DNA of 64,000 bases from the human T2T-CHM13v2.0 reference genome, Homo sapiens (GCF_009914755.1 NC_060936.1), one strand, 5' to 3'. Shown: positions 13,026-25,380, numbered from the stretch's first letter. Program-made: numbers and translations. The notes: generated by a model not told the origin, from the letters alone.

Positions 13026-13464
13026 GTTCCCTCCTGGTGCCTCCAGGGTGGAGACCGGTCAGCCCCTCCCAGGCCAGCCGGTCATCCATCAGCCTCGAGC
13101 TGCCCTGCCCTGCACGTTGCGGACTCCACCAGCTCCTTCCTGCCCCTCTCGCCAGCCCATATGGAATGAGTTGCTCCATTTTTACTCCTTATCAGAAATG
13201 GAAATATTTCCCCTGCATCTTTGTGAAGATTTTCTGCATCTGTGAGCTGGATGGATACTTAACCCTTCTCATTCCAAGGTGCTGCTGGGCCTTGGAATCC
13301 CAATGTGGAATCCCTGGATGCGGAATCCTCAGATCACAGAAGTGGGGGGTTCAGCACTTGGGAGGAATCCAGTTACACCACTCCATGACTTTAGAAACAG
13401 GTCCTTGAGGTAGCTCCTTCTCCATTTTATTAATCTTGAACTTGCACCTCTAGGATAGAAATGA

Positions 13465-13850
13465 CAGCAACCAGCACATTTTGGGTGCTTGCTATAGGCA
13501 CATTTAATTCTTCCAGCAACCACGGAGATAGATGTTGGTATCATCATCCCCATTTTACAGATGAAGCTCAGAGAGGTTAAGTAACTCGCCCAAGGTCACA
13601 CAGCCAGTAAGTGACAAAGCTGAGCTATCTAAGCCACAGCTGGAGTTCTTTTCCATTCACTGTAAGACTGTAGAGAGACATAAATGATAGTGCACTGTGA
13701 CCTAGGACAGTCTTTCCATCCTAACCTACCAAATTTTACAGATACTGTGAGATGGGAGGAAGCAGTGAGCCAGCAACTTTCCCAAGGGTATGCAGCTAGT
13801 AAATGAGAAAGCCGATGTGGATGCAGGCCCAGGAGCTCTGCAGCACACCC
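13465..13850 (-). mobile_element. Two MIR fragments (~13465-13640; ~13730-13850)
   Basis: ccccattttacagatgaagctcagagaggttaagtaactcgcccaaggtcaca. Confidence 0.8.
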
Positions 13851-13887
13851 GTTTATTCTCATTTTCTTCTTTAAGAAATGCAAGGTA

Positions 13888-14217
13888 GGCTGGGCATGGT
13901 GACTCATGTCCATAATCCTAGCACTTTGGGAGACTGCGGTGGGTGGATCGCTTGAGCCCAGGAGTTTGAGACTAGCTTAAGCAACATAGTGAAACTCTGT
14001 CTCTGCAGAAAATTTAAAAATTAGCCAGGTGTAGTGGAGTGCACCTGTAGTCCCAGGTACTCAGGAGGCTGAGGCAGGAGAATCACCTGAGCCCAGGAAG
14101 TAGAGGTTTCAGTGAGCCATGATCGTGCCAATGCACTGCAGCCTGGGTGACAGAGCTAGACCCTGTCTCAAAAAAAAAAAAAAAAAAAAAAGAAAGAAAG
14201 AAAAAAGAAAAAGAAAA
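13888..14217 (+). mobile_element. AluJ
   Basis: Full dimer; degenerate TSD aagaaatgcaag / aagaaatataag. Confidence 0.93.
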
Positions 14218-14269
14218 AAGAAATATAAGATTGAGGCTTGGTTATCCATAAAGGAGGACTGAATAAATT

Positions 14270-14545
14270 TTTCAGCTAAGAGCCTGGGTTCCAGAGTCAG
14301 GCAGAACAAGGTTTGAATCCTGATGTCACCATTTACAAGTGGCATGTTCAGGGGCAAGTTGTCCCACCTTCTTAAGCCTCAATTTGCTCAGCTATAGAAT
14401 GGGGCTAACAAAAAAAATCTACCTTAAAGGGATTTGGTAGGGGTTATTCGCGACTCTAAAGGCAAAACGCTCAGCATAGTACCTGGCACATCACATTAGC
14501 CCTCAGTAAATAGTAACAATCTTTACATTGTTATTAATAATAAAC
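14270..14545 (+). mobile_element. MIR
   Basis: ccagagtcaggcaga...aagcctcaatttgctcagctatagaatgggg...acctggcaca. Confidence 0.8.
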
Positions 14546-14551
14546 GTGGAT

Positions 14552-14860
14552 GGCCAGGCATGATGGGTCACACCCGTAATCCCAGCATTTTGGGAGGCCG
14601 AGGCAGGTGGATTGCTTGAGTTCAGGAATTCGAAACCAGCCTGGCCAACATGGTGAAACCCCATCTCTGCTAAAGATACAAAAATTAGCCAAGCATGGTG
14701 ATGTGCGCTGTAATCCCAGCTACTTGGGAGGCTGAGGCAGAAGAATCGCTTGAACCCAGAGAGTGGAGGTTGCAGAGAGCTGAGATCGTGCCTCTACACT
14801 CCAGCCTGGGTGACAGAGCAAGACTCTGTCTAATATAATAATAATAATATTAATAATAAT
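14552..14860 (+). mobile_element. AluS with (TAA)n tail
   Basis: TSD taataataaacgtggat / taataataaatgtggat. Confidence 0.95.
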
Positions 14861-15113
14861 AATAAATGTGGATTGATTTATGTCTAAAGGCAGCCAGCAA
14901 ATATTTGTGGAGCAACTACTGGGTGCAATGCCTCAGGCCACGAGCATTCAAGGATGCAAAGAAGAGTCAGCTGTCAAGTAACTTTATGTAGAAAAGAAGA
15001 GTTGGGTATGTGACAAGGTCAATGGCGATTCAGTTAGAAGGGAGGTCTGTGTGAAGCTTTCTCATCTTGGGTAGCGTATTGTATTATATTTATTTGTATT
15101 ATATTTATATCTT

Positions 15114-15148
15114 TGTGTGTGTGCGTATATATATATATATATATATAT
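15114..15148. repeat. (TG)n(TA)n microsatellite flanked by a 20-bp direct repeat
   Basis: ttgtattatatttatatctt at 15094-15113 and 15155-15174. Confidence 0.9.
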
Positions 15149-15219
15149 AAAATATTGTATTATATTTATATCTTCAAGCAGCTCATAGTCCAGATGGGGA
15201 CCCAACTCCATGCATCTTC

Positions 15220-15945
15220 ACAGTGGTGTCAGTTCTTCCTCCAAAATATATCCATTATGCATCCACTTCTCTGCGTGTCTATTATCGAAACTACCCTGTC
15301 TCCTGCCTGGGTGATTACAATGGGTTCCTAAGTGGTTTCCCTGATCCTCCTCAGGTCCCCCTAAAACCCAGCATGATGTTTAATGTACAAATCACATAAT
15401 TTCACTCCTCCATTACGAGGAGATCTTGTAACCAGCATAAGGAGTTTAGATTTTTTTTTTCCTAAGGCTCCTGCTGACCTCTCCAATACCATCTCTTACC
15501 TCCAAGCCCTGATCTCTTTGCCCCAAGCCACTGTCTTTCTTGCCATTACTCAAAACACACCAAGTTCTTCCCCACCTCAGGGACTTTGCACTTGTTGTTT
15601 CCTCTGCCTGAGACATGCATCTGCCCACATAGTCCCATGAATAATTCTTCTTATCATCAATGTCTTAGCTGAAACATCAGCTCCCTGGAGATGCCTCCCC
15701 TGACTGTCATTTGTAGACATGCATCTCCACTTCACATTGTATCATATTCCTCTATCACATCACATGCAGTTACCTCACACTTTTATTTATTTATGTGCTT
15801 ATGGTCTGTCCCTACCCCAACCAGAGCATGAACTCCAGGAGGGCAGGGATCCTCTCTGTTCTGTTCACTGTTGAATCCCCAGCGCCTAGCCTACTGCCTG
15901 GCACATAGTAGGACCAGAAATATATTTGTTTAATGAAATGATAGA
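15220..15945 (+). mobile_element. L2 (L2a-like) 3' region
   Basis: cacctcagggactttgcacttg...gagggcagggat...cctggcacatagtagg...aatgaaatga. Confidence 0.85.
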
Positions 15946-16496
15946 TGAAGGGTTTGAGAGCTCCTTGGAAACAGAGGACATACATTCTTCTCCTTAGGAT
16001 CCAAAGAACCTGGAACACTGCCAGGCACCCAGTAGGTGCCAAATTAATGCTTGTTGAATGAATGAAGATTATCATTCAAGAGACTTCACAGGCAACCCAT
16101 AACCTTAAACTCCTTGAAAGAAGAACCTCTTTACTTTTTATCTCTAACCAAAACCCTACTTACTAGAGTAGATGCCCAATTAATGCGTCTTGAACTGAAC
16201 CAACCTATAAGTACAGATTCCAGAAGCTTGGAATTAGTGGAAAGTCAACTCATTGAATGTGGAGGGCTCTGGGAAGGCTCAGGTAGAAAGAGGTATTGAC
16301 ATGAGTGCTGAAAGATGGTTAGGGGGAGAGAGGGGAGCAAGGAGAGAAAAGAGAGCAAGTGATCCAGGTGAGGATGACAGTAAATACTGAGGCTGAGTCA
16401 GCAAAATGCAAAGTATCATCCAGGCACAGTTAATAGATCATCAAGGCTAATAGATCATCCAAGGCTGCCCTGGAGGTGTATACAGGAGGTAACAAT

Positions 16497-16978
16497 ATAT
16501 TGGTTAGAATAAAGTTTGACTACTCTTACAGACAGTGAAACTGACAGTGGTTCAGACAAAACAGAAGTTCATTTCTCCCACACATATAAATCCCATTAAG
16601 TAGCCCAGGGTCAATATAGTGACTCTACAATCACCAAAAGGTTTCTCCAGTTTTTGCTCTTCCATCTCCACCACACAGCTACCACCTCATGATCCAAGAC
16701 AGCTGCTCGGGATCCTGCCATTATGTCTGAGTTCCAGCATGAGGGAGGGAAGAAAAGGAGAAGGGTAGGGCACATCCCTCCCCTTTAAGGGAGCAAATCA
16801 AAAATTATACAAATCACTTCTGCTCTTACTCCATTAGCTAGGATTTAGTCCCATGGCCACATTTAGCTGCAAGGGAGTCTGAGAAATGTATTTTTTTATG
16901 CTGGGTAGCTATGCATAAGCTAAAGATTCCATTACTATGGATTATTTGGAGGAACCAAATAATCAAGACTCTGCTACA
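16497..16978 (-). mobile_element. MLT1J/K-like MaLR LTR
   Basis: atcacttctgctc...ttagtcccatggccacatttagctgcaagggagtctgagaaatgta. Confidence 0.75.
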
Positions 16979-16999
16979 AATAGCAATAATTTTTAAAAC

Positions 17000-17190
17000 A
17001 ATAATAATAATAATAGTTAAAATTTGTGGAGCGCTTACTCTTGTGCCAGACACAGTTCTTTTAATCCACAACAGTGCTATGTGATTGACGTCATTATCCC
17101 CATTCTATAGAAAAGGAAACTGAGGCTCAGAGAAGCACATATAACTTACCCATGGTTGCACAGCTGGTAAGCGGTAAAATCAGGAGTAGA
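17000..17190 (-). mobile_element. MIR
   Basis: aggaaactgaggctcagaga core. Confidence 0.8.
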
Positions 17191-18105
17191 TTGATTCAGC
17201 AAAGAAGAAAAGCCCAGCTGTTTGTAACCCAAAGAGATGAAACATTATTACCCTCAGAGCACTGGGGAGCCATTGAAGCTTTAACAGCAGAGTAAGAAAA
17301 CTCCTAATAGTCCCTGAACTCAGGGCTTTATTCTCATTGTCTCATTTCAACTTCAGTACTATTAGTATCCCCATTTTGGTGATGTCTGTTTGGTTCACAG
17401 CTGTATCCCTTGTCCCTAGAATGTTGTCTAGCCTGTAATAGATGCTCAGTAAACATTAGTTGAGTTGTTGAAAAATCATATTTGCAATTAAATTACTCTA
17501 CGTGTCATTATGGTTTATAGTCTGTCTCCCCTAATAGACTGCAGATTCTACTTAGGAATTCCACTTAGGACAAAGTGTGAGTCATATCTATGCTGTATAT
17601 TACTTCTGATTTCCCCAGTTCTAGCTCAGTGTCTGCAACATAGCACTTGATAAATGCCTGTGGAATGAGTGATCATCATTGTCACTGGGAATGGAAAGAT
17701 TGAGAGGAACCTCTTTAAAATACTATCCAGGAACCTATCCTTTTCTCAAATTGGAAACAAAATTAAAACTAAAGAACACAACTGCCAACCACTGATGAGG
17801 CCCCCAGCTGCTGGGTTCCAAACTCACTTTGGATCCCGTTCAGAACGGACAGGATGCCACCGGCTGGGGCAGGGGTGACTGCAAGGATCATGAAGTCTCT
17901 TGATTATCAAACAGTGTTGTGTGGACTTTGAAACCAAACAAATCAGCTTTGATGAGTTGGGTGCGAATAAATCAGAGTCACATGAATTAAAATCCTCTGC
18001 AACGTGAAATGATTTTGAAATAAAAAAGGACTCAGCTGGAATATCCCCCATGTCCCCCAAACAAATTGTTTTTTAAACTACTTTAAGGCATGTTCCCGAG
18101 CTTAC

Positions 18106-18204
18106 CAGTGCCTGTGGTCTGCTTGACAGCAGGTGCTTTTCAGTGAGTAGTTGGGATTGGTTTTTTGGCAACTTGGAATAGTCCATAGTGCAGCTCCTTT
18201 TCTT
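18106..18204 (-). other. Candidate 99-bp exon (minus strand)
   Basis: Minus strand gagtctttttcag| acceptor and CTG|GTAAGC donor in unique sequence. Confidence 0.2.
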
Positions 18205-19499
18205 CTGAAAAAGACTCTGCTATCTGACATCCCAGGGCAGGGACAATTAGGCAAACAGTCTAGACTACCAAAGCCTTAGGGGCAAAACACTTTGCAGATA
18301 GACAAATCAAACCATTGAACCAGGAAGGCAAAACTCGGTGTTTGGCAAGACAAAAATTTAGTTTGTTTCTACTGCTGGTCAGGCTGGGAAGATATTACTT
18401 CTTGATGAGAATCCTGAAATCAGTAGAGTGACTTATCACTGATAGTCAGCTGCCCACCTCTGCATTATTCTAGACACAATAAATAATTACTTGCAATAAA
18501 ATAATCCAAAAGTTCCATGCTCCTGCCTGTGTTCTTCTCTACTTTTCTGCCACTTACATGGAAGAATAAAGAACAGCTGGAGAATCTTCATCTCACACCA
18601 CTCCTCTCACTGCCCATGACATACTTGCCTTCTTGCATTTCCTTGAATCCAGGAAGCTCTTTCTTGGCTTGGATTTTAGCAGCCATTTCTCCCTCTGCCA
18701 CCAAGGTTCTTCCCTCCAATTTTGCACAAAAACCTGAGACTCTTTCCACTCTCAACCCAAATGTCACTTCCCCAAGGAGCACATCCCTCCACCCTACCCC
18801 TCATCCACCTGAATGCTTTCCGTCCTATCATTCACCAATATTTGTAATGAGATGTGTCATTTTTATTTGTCAAACATCTCATTCTCTCACTTATCTGTAC
18901 TCTCCTTGGGGAGGGGGTTTGGGTATTTTGCTCTACCCTACCCACTTACCTTTCATCTAGAAACCAGACTCTGCCAGCCAAAGGGGCTGGAATTCAGAGC
19001 CTTAGAGGAAGACACAGACTCAGCCAGTGCTAACAGAACAAGAGCCATCTATCACTTCCCCATCTGTGACAGCCTAGATGGATTAATAATCTTGGTTAGT
19101 CTGAAAATAACTGGTAGATGCATCTGGCCTATGCTTTCCCTTGGCTTATGAATTCCTGTAATGGCACAGACTGGAGTTTGCCCACCTCATCCTTCAAGCC
19201 CTTCTCAAAGCCCATCTCCTTCATCATTCCTTTCCTGTTCTTCCCAGGATGAAGTGTTTGCTCCCACCTCAGATTTCCCAGAGTAAATCCTGTTTATTCC
19301 CTACAATGGGCAACAAATCTTTCATGGGCCTGTAGCAACCCTTTCAGTTTTGTCTTGAGCTCTTAAATCTCTTTTTGTTTAACTTTCAATATTCATTCAT
19401 TCTTTTACCTTATAACATCCACTCATTCTCTGGCCAATATGTAAAGTATAGACCATATGAAAGAATAACGATCTTGCCTTGCTAGATCGGATCTAGCAA

Positions 19500-20615
19500 G
19501 CAGTCAGTGGTCTGACGTAAAACATATCTGATTCCATCCCCCTTCTACCCAAACCCTCCAATGGCTCCCAGCTCACTCAAAATAAAATCCAGGGTCCTTA
19601 CCACAATCTACAAGCCTCTACAGGAACTGCTTCATGCTGATCTCTTAACTTCACCTCCTACCATTCTCACATTTCTTCATCCCACTCCAGGAATCCTCTG
19701 CTATTTCTCCAGCATACAAAGTATGTACTACCTCAGGACCTTTGCACTTGCTTTTATGATAGAATCCTATTCAGCCACATGCACTTCCTTAACTGGGCAG
19801 GAATATTTCACACCTCTGCCTATGATCTTCATCCTAACCTTACCTACCTGGTAGCATCATGCTTTTCTCTGCCTCAGACATCTGCCTGGCTCATTCACTT
19901 AATTCATTTAGGTCTTTGCTCAAAATTCAACATCTTAGAGAGATTATCCTTGGCCTTGATCACACTTGTCACACTTTATTTTTTTACCTTGTTCTTCTTT
20001 TCTCTCTAGCCCCTATGACTACCGATTTCATATAGACCTACTTATTTCCTTAGAGTCTATCCCACTATTAGAATATCCATGCTTGCTTACAGTTAGGACC
20101 ATGTCTGTTTTGATCACCACCCTATCACTGGTAACAAAAACAGGGCTTGGCTTGACACTTAGTGGGTGCCCAATATATATAATGAGTTTAATGAGTTCTT
20201 TCAAAGAATTATTACTGAGCACCTCTGTATTAGTGCTGGGTATTCAGAGATGAATAAAACACTGCTCCAACCCTTGAGGAACTGGAAAGCTTGGGGCTAG
20301 GGAGAGAAAAGCAGATATGGAAACAATTAAGTGCCTGCCAATGATTCAAGTATAATAGAAGATTATATACATATGATGCACTCTGGAGCCCTGAGGGTTA
20401 ATTCTACCTTTTCTAGAGAGTTCCTAGAGGAAGGGATACTCACAGGGTTTTGAAGGAGGAGTTGGAGTCAGATCCCACCAGGAAATTGAGTATGATTCTA
20501 TCATAAAGCTGTATAGTAGGCAGAGCCTGTGTCATGAGGGTGCTTGTAGGCTATTGGAGGAGTTTGGATATTGTCCTGAGTGCAGTGGAGCTCCTTGGGG
20601 TTTTAAATAGGGAGG
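19500..20615. mobile_element. L2 fragments, tail-to-tail (~19500-20195 plus; ~20200-20615 minus)
   Basis: ccctccaatggctccca...cctcaggacctttgcacttgct; attactgagcacct...gatgaataaaaca. Confidence 0.7.
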
Positions 20616-20633
20616 TGCTTCTGAGTTAGCTTC

Positions 20634-20999
20634 TGCCTTTGTTCAGACTGCTACAAAATACCATAGATTAGGTGGCTTAAACGACAGATATTTATTTCTC
20701 ACAATTCTGGAGGCTCAAAGCCTGAGATGAGGGTGCCAGCCAGGTCAGGTTCTTGGTAGAGCCCTCGTCCTGGTTCACAGATAGCCATCTTCTTATTGTA
20801 TCCTCACATGGTAGAGAGCAGATGGAGAGGGTCAAGCCCTGTGTTGTCTCTTTTAATAAAGCTGTCAATCCCATTCATGAGAGGTCCCTCTTCGTGACCT
20901 AATCACCTCCCAAAGGCCCCACCTTCTAAGACTATCACATTGAGGATTGGGATTTCAACACATGAATTTGTGAGGGACACAAACATTCAGTCCATAACA
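20634..20999 (-). mobile_element. MLT1A/MSTD-like MaLR LTR
   Basis: tttatttctcacaattctggaggc...acctaatcacctcccaaaggcccc...acaaacattcagtccataaca. Confidence 0.9.
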
Positions 21000-21145
21000 G
21001 TTCTCTTAATTAATTCAAGAAAGTGCCCTATGTAAAACTGCAAATCCAGAGTGCCTCAAACATAAATGTTTTTTTAGTGGTCTGTGTTGATTTGAATGCC
21101 TACATCTTCTGATAGTAGCATCTCAATTTTCCTTTGAATAACATT

Positions 21146-21554
21146 TGTAGTTAAACTGATGATTTTCCTCCAGTATCTGTTGTTATCTTCTTCCATGGTA
21201 AGAGAGCTTGTTCAGAGCTCATGGCCACCTAGCTAATGTGCTTTGCAGCTTCCCATGCAACCAGGAATGCTCGTGTTGGCTAGATATTGGCCAATGGGAT
21301 GTGAGCACAACTTCCAGATGCTGTTTTTGAAAGAAGAGGGCCCTCCCCTTTCATTGTCTTCCTTCCTGCTGGCTGGTGTGCAATGATGCCTGGAGGAGCA
21401 GGCATCCTTGGACCTAGACATAGAAGTTACAAGTTAAGAAGAGCAATGCACCTACCCCAAACAGCTCCAGGACAATAGAAACGAACTGCCATCTTGTTTA
21501 AGTTACATATTGTGAGACCCTTTCTTATAGCAATTTACACTGTTCTCTAATACA
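21146..21554 (+). mobile_element. MLT1J-like MaLR LTR
   Basis: tggccaatgggatgtgagc...ccttcctgctggctgg...ctaataca. Confidence 0.7.
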
Positions 21555-21957
21555 AGTTCCTCTCCCAATTGTTTGCAGTTTTGGTGGCCCTGTCAGTCAA
21601 GACACCTTGTGGTGTGTGGTCAATTAGTTGTTATGTGACCCAAAATAAGCAAATGAGACCTTCTCTCTTATAAGAAAAGAATAATGAGTATCCTGAAACA
21701 CTCATGGAAAGCAATGAGAGCTGATTAATAATCTCAAATATTACATTTTAAGGATAGTAGCTCTTGCTACCTAGATATTGGAAGCCTCCAGAAGCTTACC
21801 GTTTGTTTTGCTGTTCAGCTTTTCTTTCAAATCACTGGCATAACTTGTGTCCTTGAAACAAACTGTTTAAGTTAGCATGAACTGCCAAGTGATAGAATGC
21901 TTTATGGCTGCCTACTCATTTGATGTGATTCAAATTGTTGCTGTAAAGTCTAAATGT

Positions 21958-22480
21958 TTATTGGTTAGTGTCTAGCCTGGAAGATAGAGGCACCCAACCT
22001 AGGTGGCTCAAAAGAAAGGATTTAATGTACTTCACTAGTTACAAAGGTGTGGAAAGAGCTGAAAAGACAAACAGGACATGGGAAACACCTCATGAAACTT
22101 GCAAGAGCAGAAATCTGCTACAACCCTGGGACAGGAGGGAGTGAGGGAAGAGGTGGTATTACTAGAGCTCAGAAATAGGCATTACCCAGTGGGAGCTGGG
22201 GCCATGGAGGAACACAGAGGAAGCTGGAACCACGTGGGAAATACAGCCACTGCTGGAGTCTCCACCACACCAAAAGACAGTGTGTGAAGTATGGGAGAAT
22301 GACCTTAACATCTCCCACCATCCTATCCTCCGATCTGCCAATCCTCCATGGCAGACTTCCATTGGCTGAACTCAACCAGAAGCAAGGGACATTGGGAGCT
22401 GTAATTTGTAGCAGTCAGCCATCCACTGGAAAGGAGCGAGCTGAGGAAGAGCAGGAAGTAGATTGGAGAAAAACAGGCAC
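21958..22480 (-). mobile_element. Ancient LTR (LTR78/LTR67B-like)
   Basis: ttacaaaggtgtgg...cttccattggctgaactcaaccagaagc; shares motifs with 27021-27480. Confidence 0.55.
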
Positions 22481-23495
22481 AAAAGGGACAAGAAGAGTCC
22501 TTCTCCATAATTTGTCTCCCTTACACTCTTGTTGGCTTTCAACATGGCGGCCCAATGGGGGAAAACTAGGGTGGAGAAGAAGAAAAGCACATTGCATCAT
22601 TGTATTGCCTGGTGCAATCCTACCATCCACCAGCAGGTCTCTAGGTAGCCCCTTTACAGACTTCAGTCTGGACCAGTGGCCTGGCCACCCCACTCCTGAA
22701 TCCATAAAGTCCACCAGGCCTGCTGGTAAGCAGAGTCCTGTCTTTTGCTGGGTCCCAAATAACTGGAGGTGACTCACCTCCGTCCTGAGCTCTGGGCAGG
22801 GCCAGGACAGCAGAAATCAAGCCCTCTTCCTGTCTATAGAGTTTGATGAATTCTCTACCAGTTGCTTCTACCCTCAGAATTAAAAAATAATGTTTGTGCA
22901 GCCCAGCCCATTAGCGTGCTTCCCTGGTGACACAGCCTCCTCCACCTCTTCGCTGCAGGCCTGCCTTTCCGAGTTCCAGCCAGAGCCCTTGTTAACATGC
23001 TCTCTGAAAGTCATTTTTGGACCAGAAATAAGGCAGTGGGGCCAAAGCTCACTTTGTGGAAAGATTTTATTTCCATCTGAGTCCACTTCAAGGAACAGCC
23101 AGGGATTACTTTTGCTAGCTTTTTTTAACCTCCCCCCATCACCACCAAAAAAAATAAAAATAAAATTGCCAGGCCTTTCTGAAGCAGATTTATGGTATTG
23201 CTTGGCAATCATGTTTCAAACTATGGAGATCAGAAGCCCCTTCTTTGGGGATGTCTCCAAATTGGCTGGCACCGCTAAATATAGGCCAAATGAAAAACAT
23301 TCATCAAGCTTGGCATGGGCAGTCTCTTTCAAGCCCGGTTTGACAGAACTTGGTGCAATGCTGAAGGGGTCCAGCTAATTTCCTATATGCTAGTTAAAGC
23401 TAAGAACTCATCCAACTTCAAGTAATAAGGAGAAGTAATAAGACAGATAAAGAAACTTAAAATTGAGGGGTTACCCCCAGTTATGTTCCCAAAAC

Positions 23496-23644
23496 CAGTG
23501 GTTACCAGATTTTAATGCTGCACCCAGTCACCAGGGGATTCTAATTTGGTTGGTCCAGGGTGGGGCCTGGGATTCAGCATCTCTAACCAGTTCCCAGGTG
23601 ATGCTAATGCTCCTGGTTCAGGACCACACTTTGAATAGCCAGGA
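23496..23644. mobile_element. MER5A-like hAT MITE
   Basis: cagtggtt...gggtggggcctgggattcagcat...cccaggtgatgctaatgc...ggaccacactttgaatag. Confidence 0.8.
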
Positions 23645-23774
23645 CCTGGACAGTGGTGTACAAAGCAGGGTACCTAAAATAATCCTTTGGGGTTTGAGGG
23701 AAAATACCAGAACTTCTATTTATTTTGTAGCTCATCCCTTTCACTTCTAATTTTTGCATATAGTTATAATGGGG

Positions 23775-24054
23775 TTTTAAAACTTTATTTTTATTTTAAG
23801 TTCTGGGATACATGTGCAGGATGTGCAGGTCTGTTACATAGGCAAACGTGTGCCATGGTGGTTTGCTGCACCTATCAACTCATCACCTAGGTATTAAGCC
23901 GCATGCATTAGCTATTTTTCTCGATGCTCTCCCCAACCCGGCCCTCCTGACGAGGCCCAGGGAGTGCTGTTCCCCTCCCTGTGTCCATGTGTTCTCATTG
24001 TTCAGCTCCCACTTACAAGTGAGAACATGTAGTATTTGGTTTTCTGTTCCTGCA
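23775..24054 (-). mobile_element. L1PA 3' end
   Basis: ttttaagttctgggatacatgtgcagg...gttcagctcccacttacaagtgagaacatg. Confidence 0.9.
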
Positions 24055-24123
24055 TATATGTGTATAAACCTAACGTACATGAACATATATAGGTATGTGT
24101 GCATATATACAATCCATCCTAAA

Positions 24124-24257
24124 TTTTGTTTTATTTTTGAGATGGGGGTCTTGCTATATCACCCAGGCTGGTCTCAGGCTCCTGGACTCAAGAGATCCTC
24201 CTGCCTCAGCTTCTCAAGTAGCTGGGACTATAGGTGCAGGTACCTCTGCACCCAGCT
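24124..24257 (-). mobile_element. FLAM / Alu monomer
   Basis: gagatgggggtcttgctatatcacccaggctggtctc...gggactataggt. Confidence 0.85.
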
Positions 24258-24316
24258 CTCCATTTTTTATACTGGTGAAAGTGAAAAATATTTAAAATTT
24301 GTAGGCCTCTGACCAA

Positions 24317-24697
24317 GTTCACAAAGAATGTACTTCCTCAGACACTTGGAAGAAACCTATCAACATAGAAACCTCTTCTCCAAGTTGCTTATTAGCTTTT
24401 TCTACAACGGAGAGCTACTTTTATATGAATAGGAACGTATCATTGAGCACCTATTATGTACCTAATCCTGTGTGAGAGGTTTTACCTCTTTATCTTGTGA
24501 GTAATGTTCACAAAGAAGGTACTTCCTCAGACACTTGGAGGAAATATATATAACATAGAAACATCTTCTCCTTGTTGCTTATTAGCTTTTTCTACAACTG
24601 AGAGCTAAGTTTTTTGTGAATAGGAACTTATAATTGAGCACCTATCATGTACCTAACACTGTGTGAGGGGTTTTACCTCTTTACCTTGTGACGTAAA
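24317..24697 (+). repeat. Tandem duplication, ~189-bp unit (24317-24505; 24506-~24697)
   Basis: Both copies start gttcacaaagaa; roughly 85-90% identical by eye. Confidence 0.95.
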
Positions 24698-25149
24698 TAG
24701 TATTACACCCACTTTACAGATGAAGAAACTGAGGCACAGATCAGGGAAATAACATACCTAAGTTCCTTCATCTAACCACCACTAGAGTGTCAGGCTCAAA
24801 TTTGATTCAGAGAAAATACAAAAAGAGGCAAAATGCTGCAGTCCCCAAGTCAGCCACTACTAAGAAGGGGTAACAAGAGGTCCTGAACTGTGGTGTCTGA
24901 ACATTTTCCTGTTTACCTGTATTGGTCAAATTAAACAGCCAGCGTGGCCTATACTTTATATACCTCCAGCAGCTTTGCAGAGGCAAATTCACAAAATTCA
25001 AAAAGCAGCTGTGTGTTCAAATTGGCAGACTTTCTTGTTGGTATCTCAAGCCCTGGGAGAGATTAAAGCAACCTGCAGTCTGTGATCAGGACTCTGGGTT
25101 CTCCTCCTTGTCTGTTTTCTTTTCGAAATAAACTCCCCCTTTTCCCCCT

Positions 25150-25380
25150 AGGAACTTACTACGTGGCAGATACTAGCATCAGCATTTCATGTGCATTATC
25201 TCCATTAACCCTCACAGAAACCACCAGAAGCTGCTACTAGTGTCCCCACTTACTGGTCAGGAAATTGAAACTTGAACAGAGTAAAGGCATCCCAGGAACG
25301 GAACATGCCAACATTAGTGCCAGAGTTGGCTCGAGGTGTATCTGGTTCCAAGGCTCAGTTCTGAAGCCATGTGCTCTCGG
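25150..25380 (-). mobile_element. MIR
   Basis: cttactacgtggcagatac...attatctccattaaccctcaca...aggaaattgaaac. Confidence 0.7.

Noticed and set aside
22284-23378. Two 162-aa ORFs
   Set aside because: The first starts inside an LTR relic. Neither has an ATG start or a domain I recognise, and both overlap antisense ORFs.
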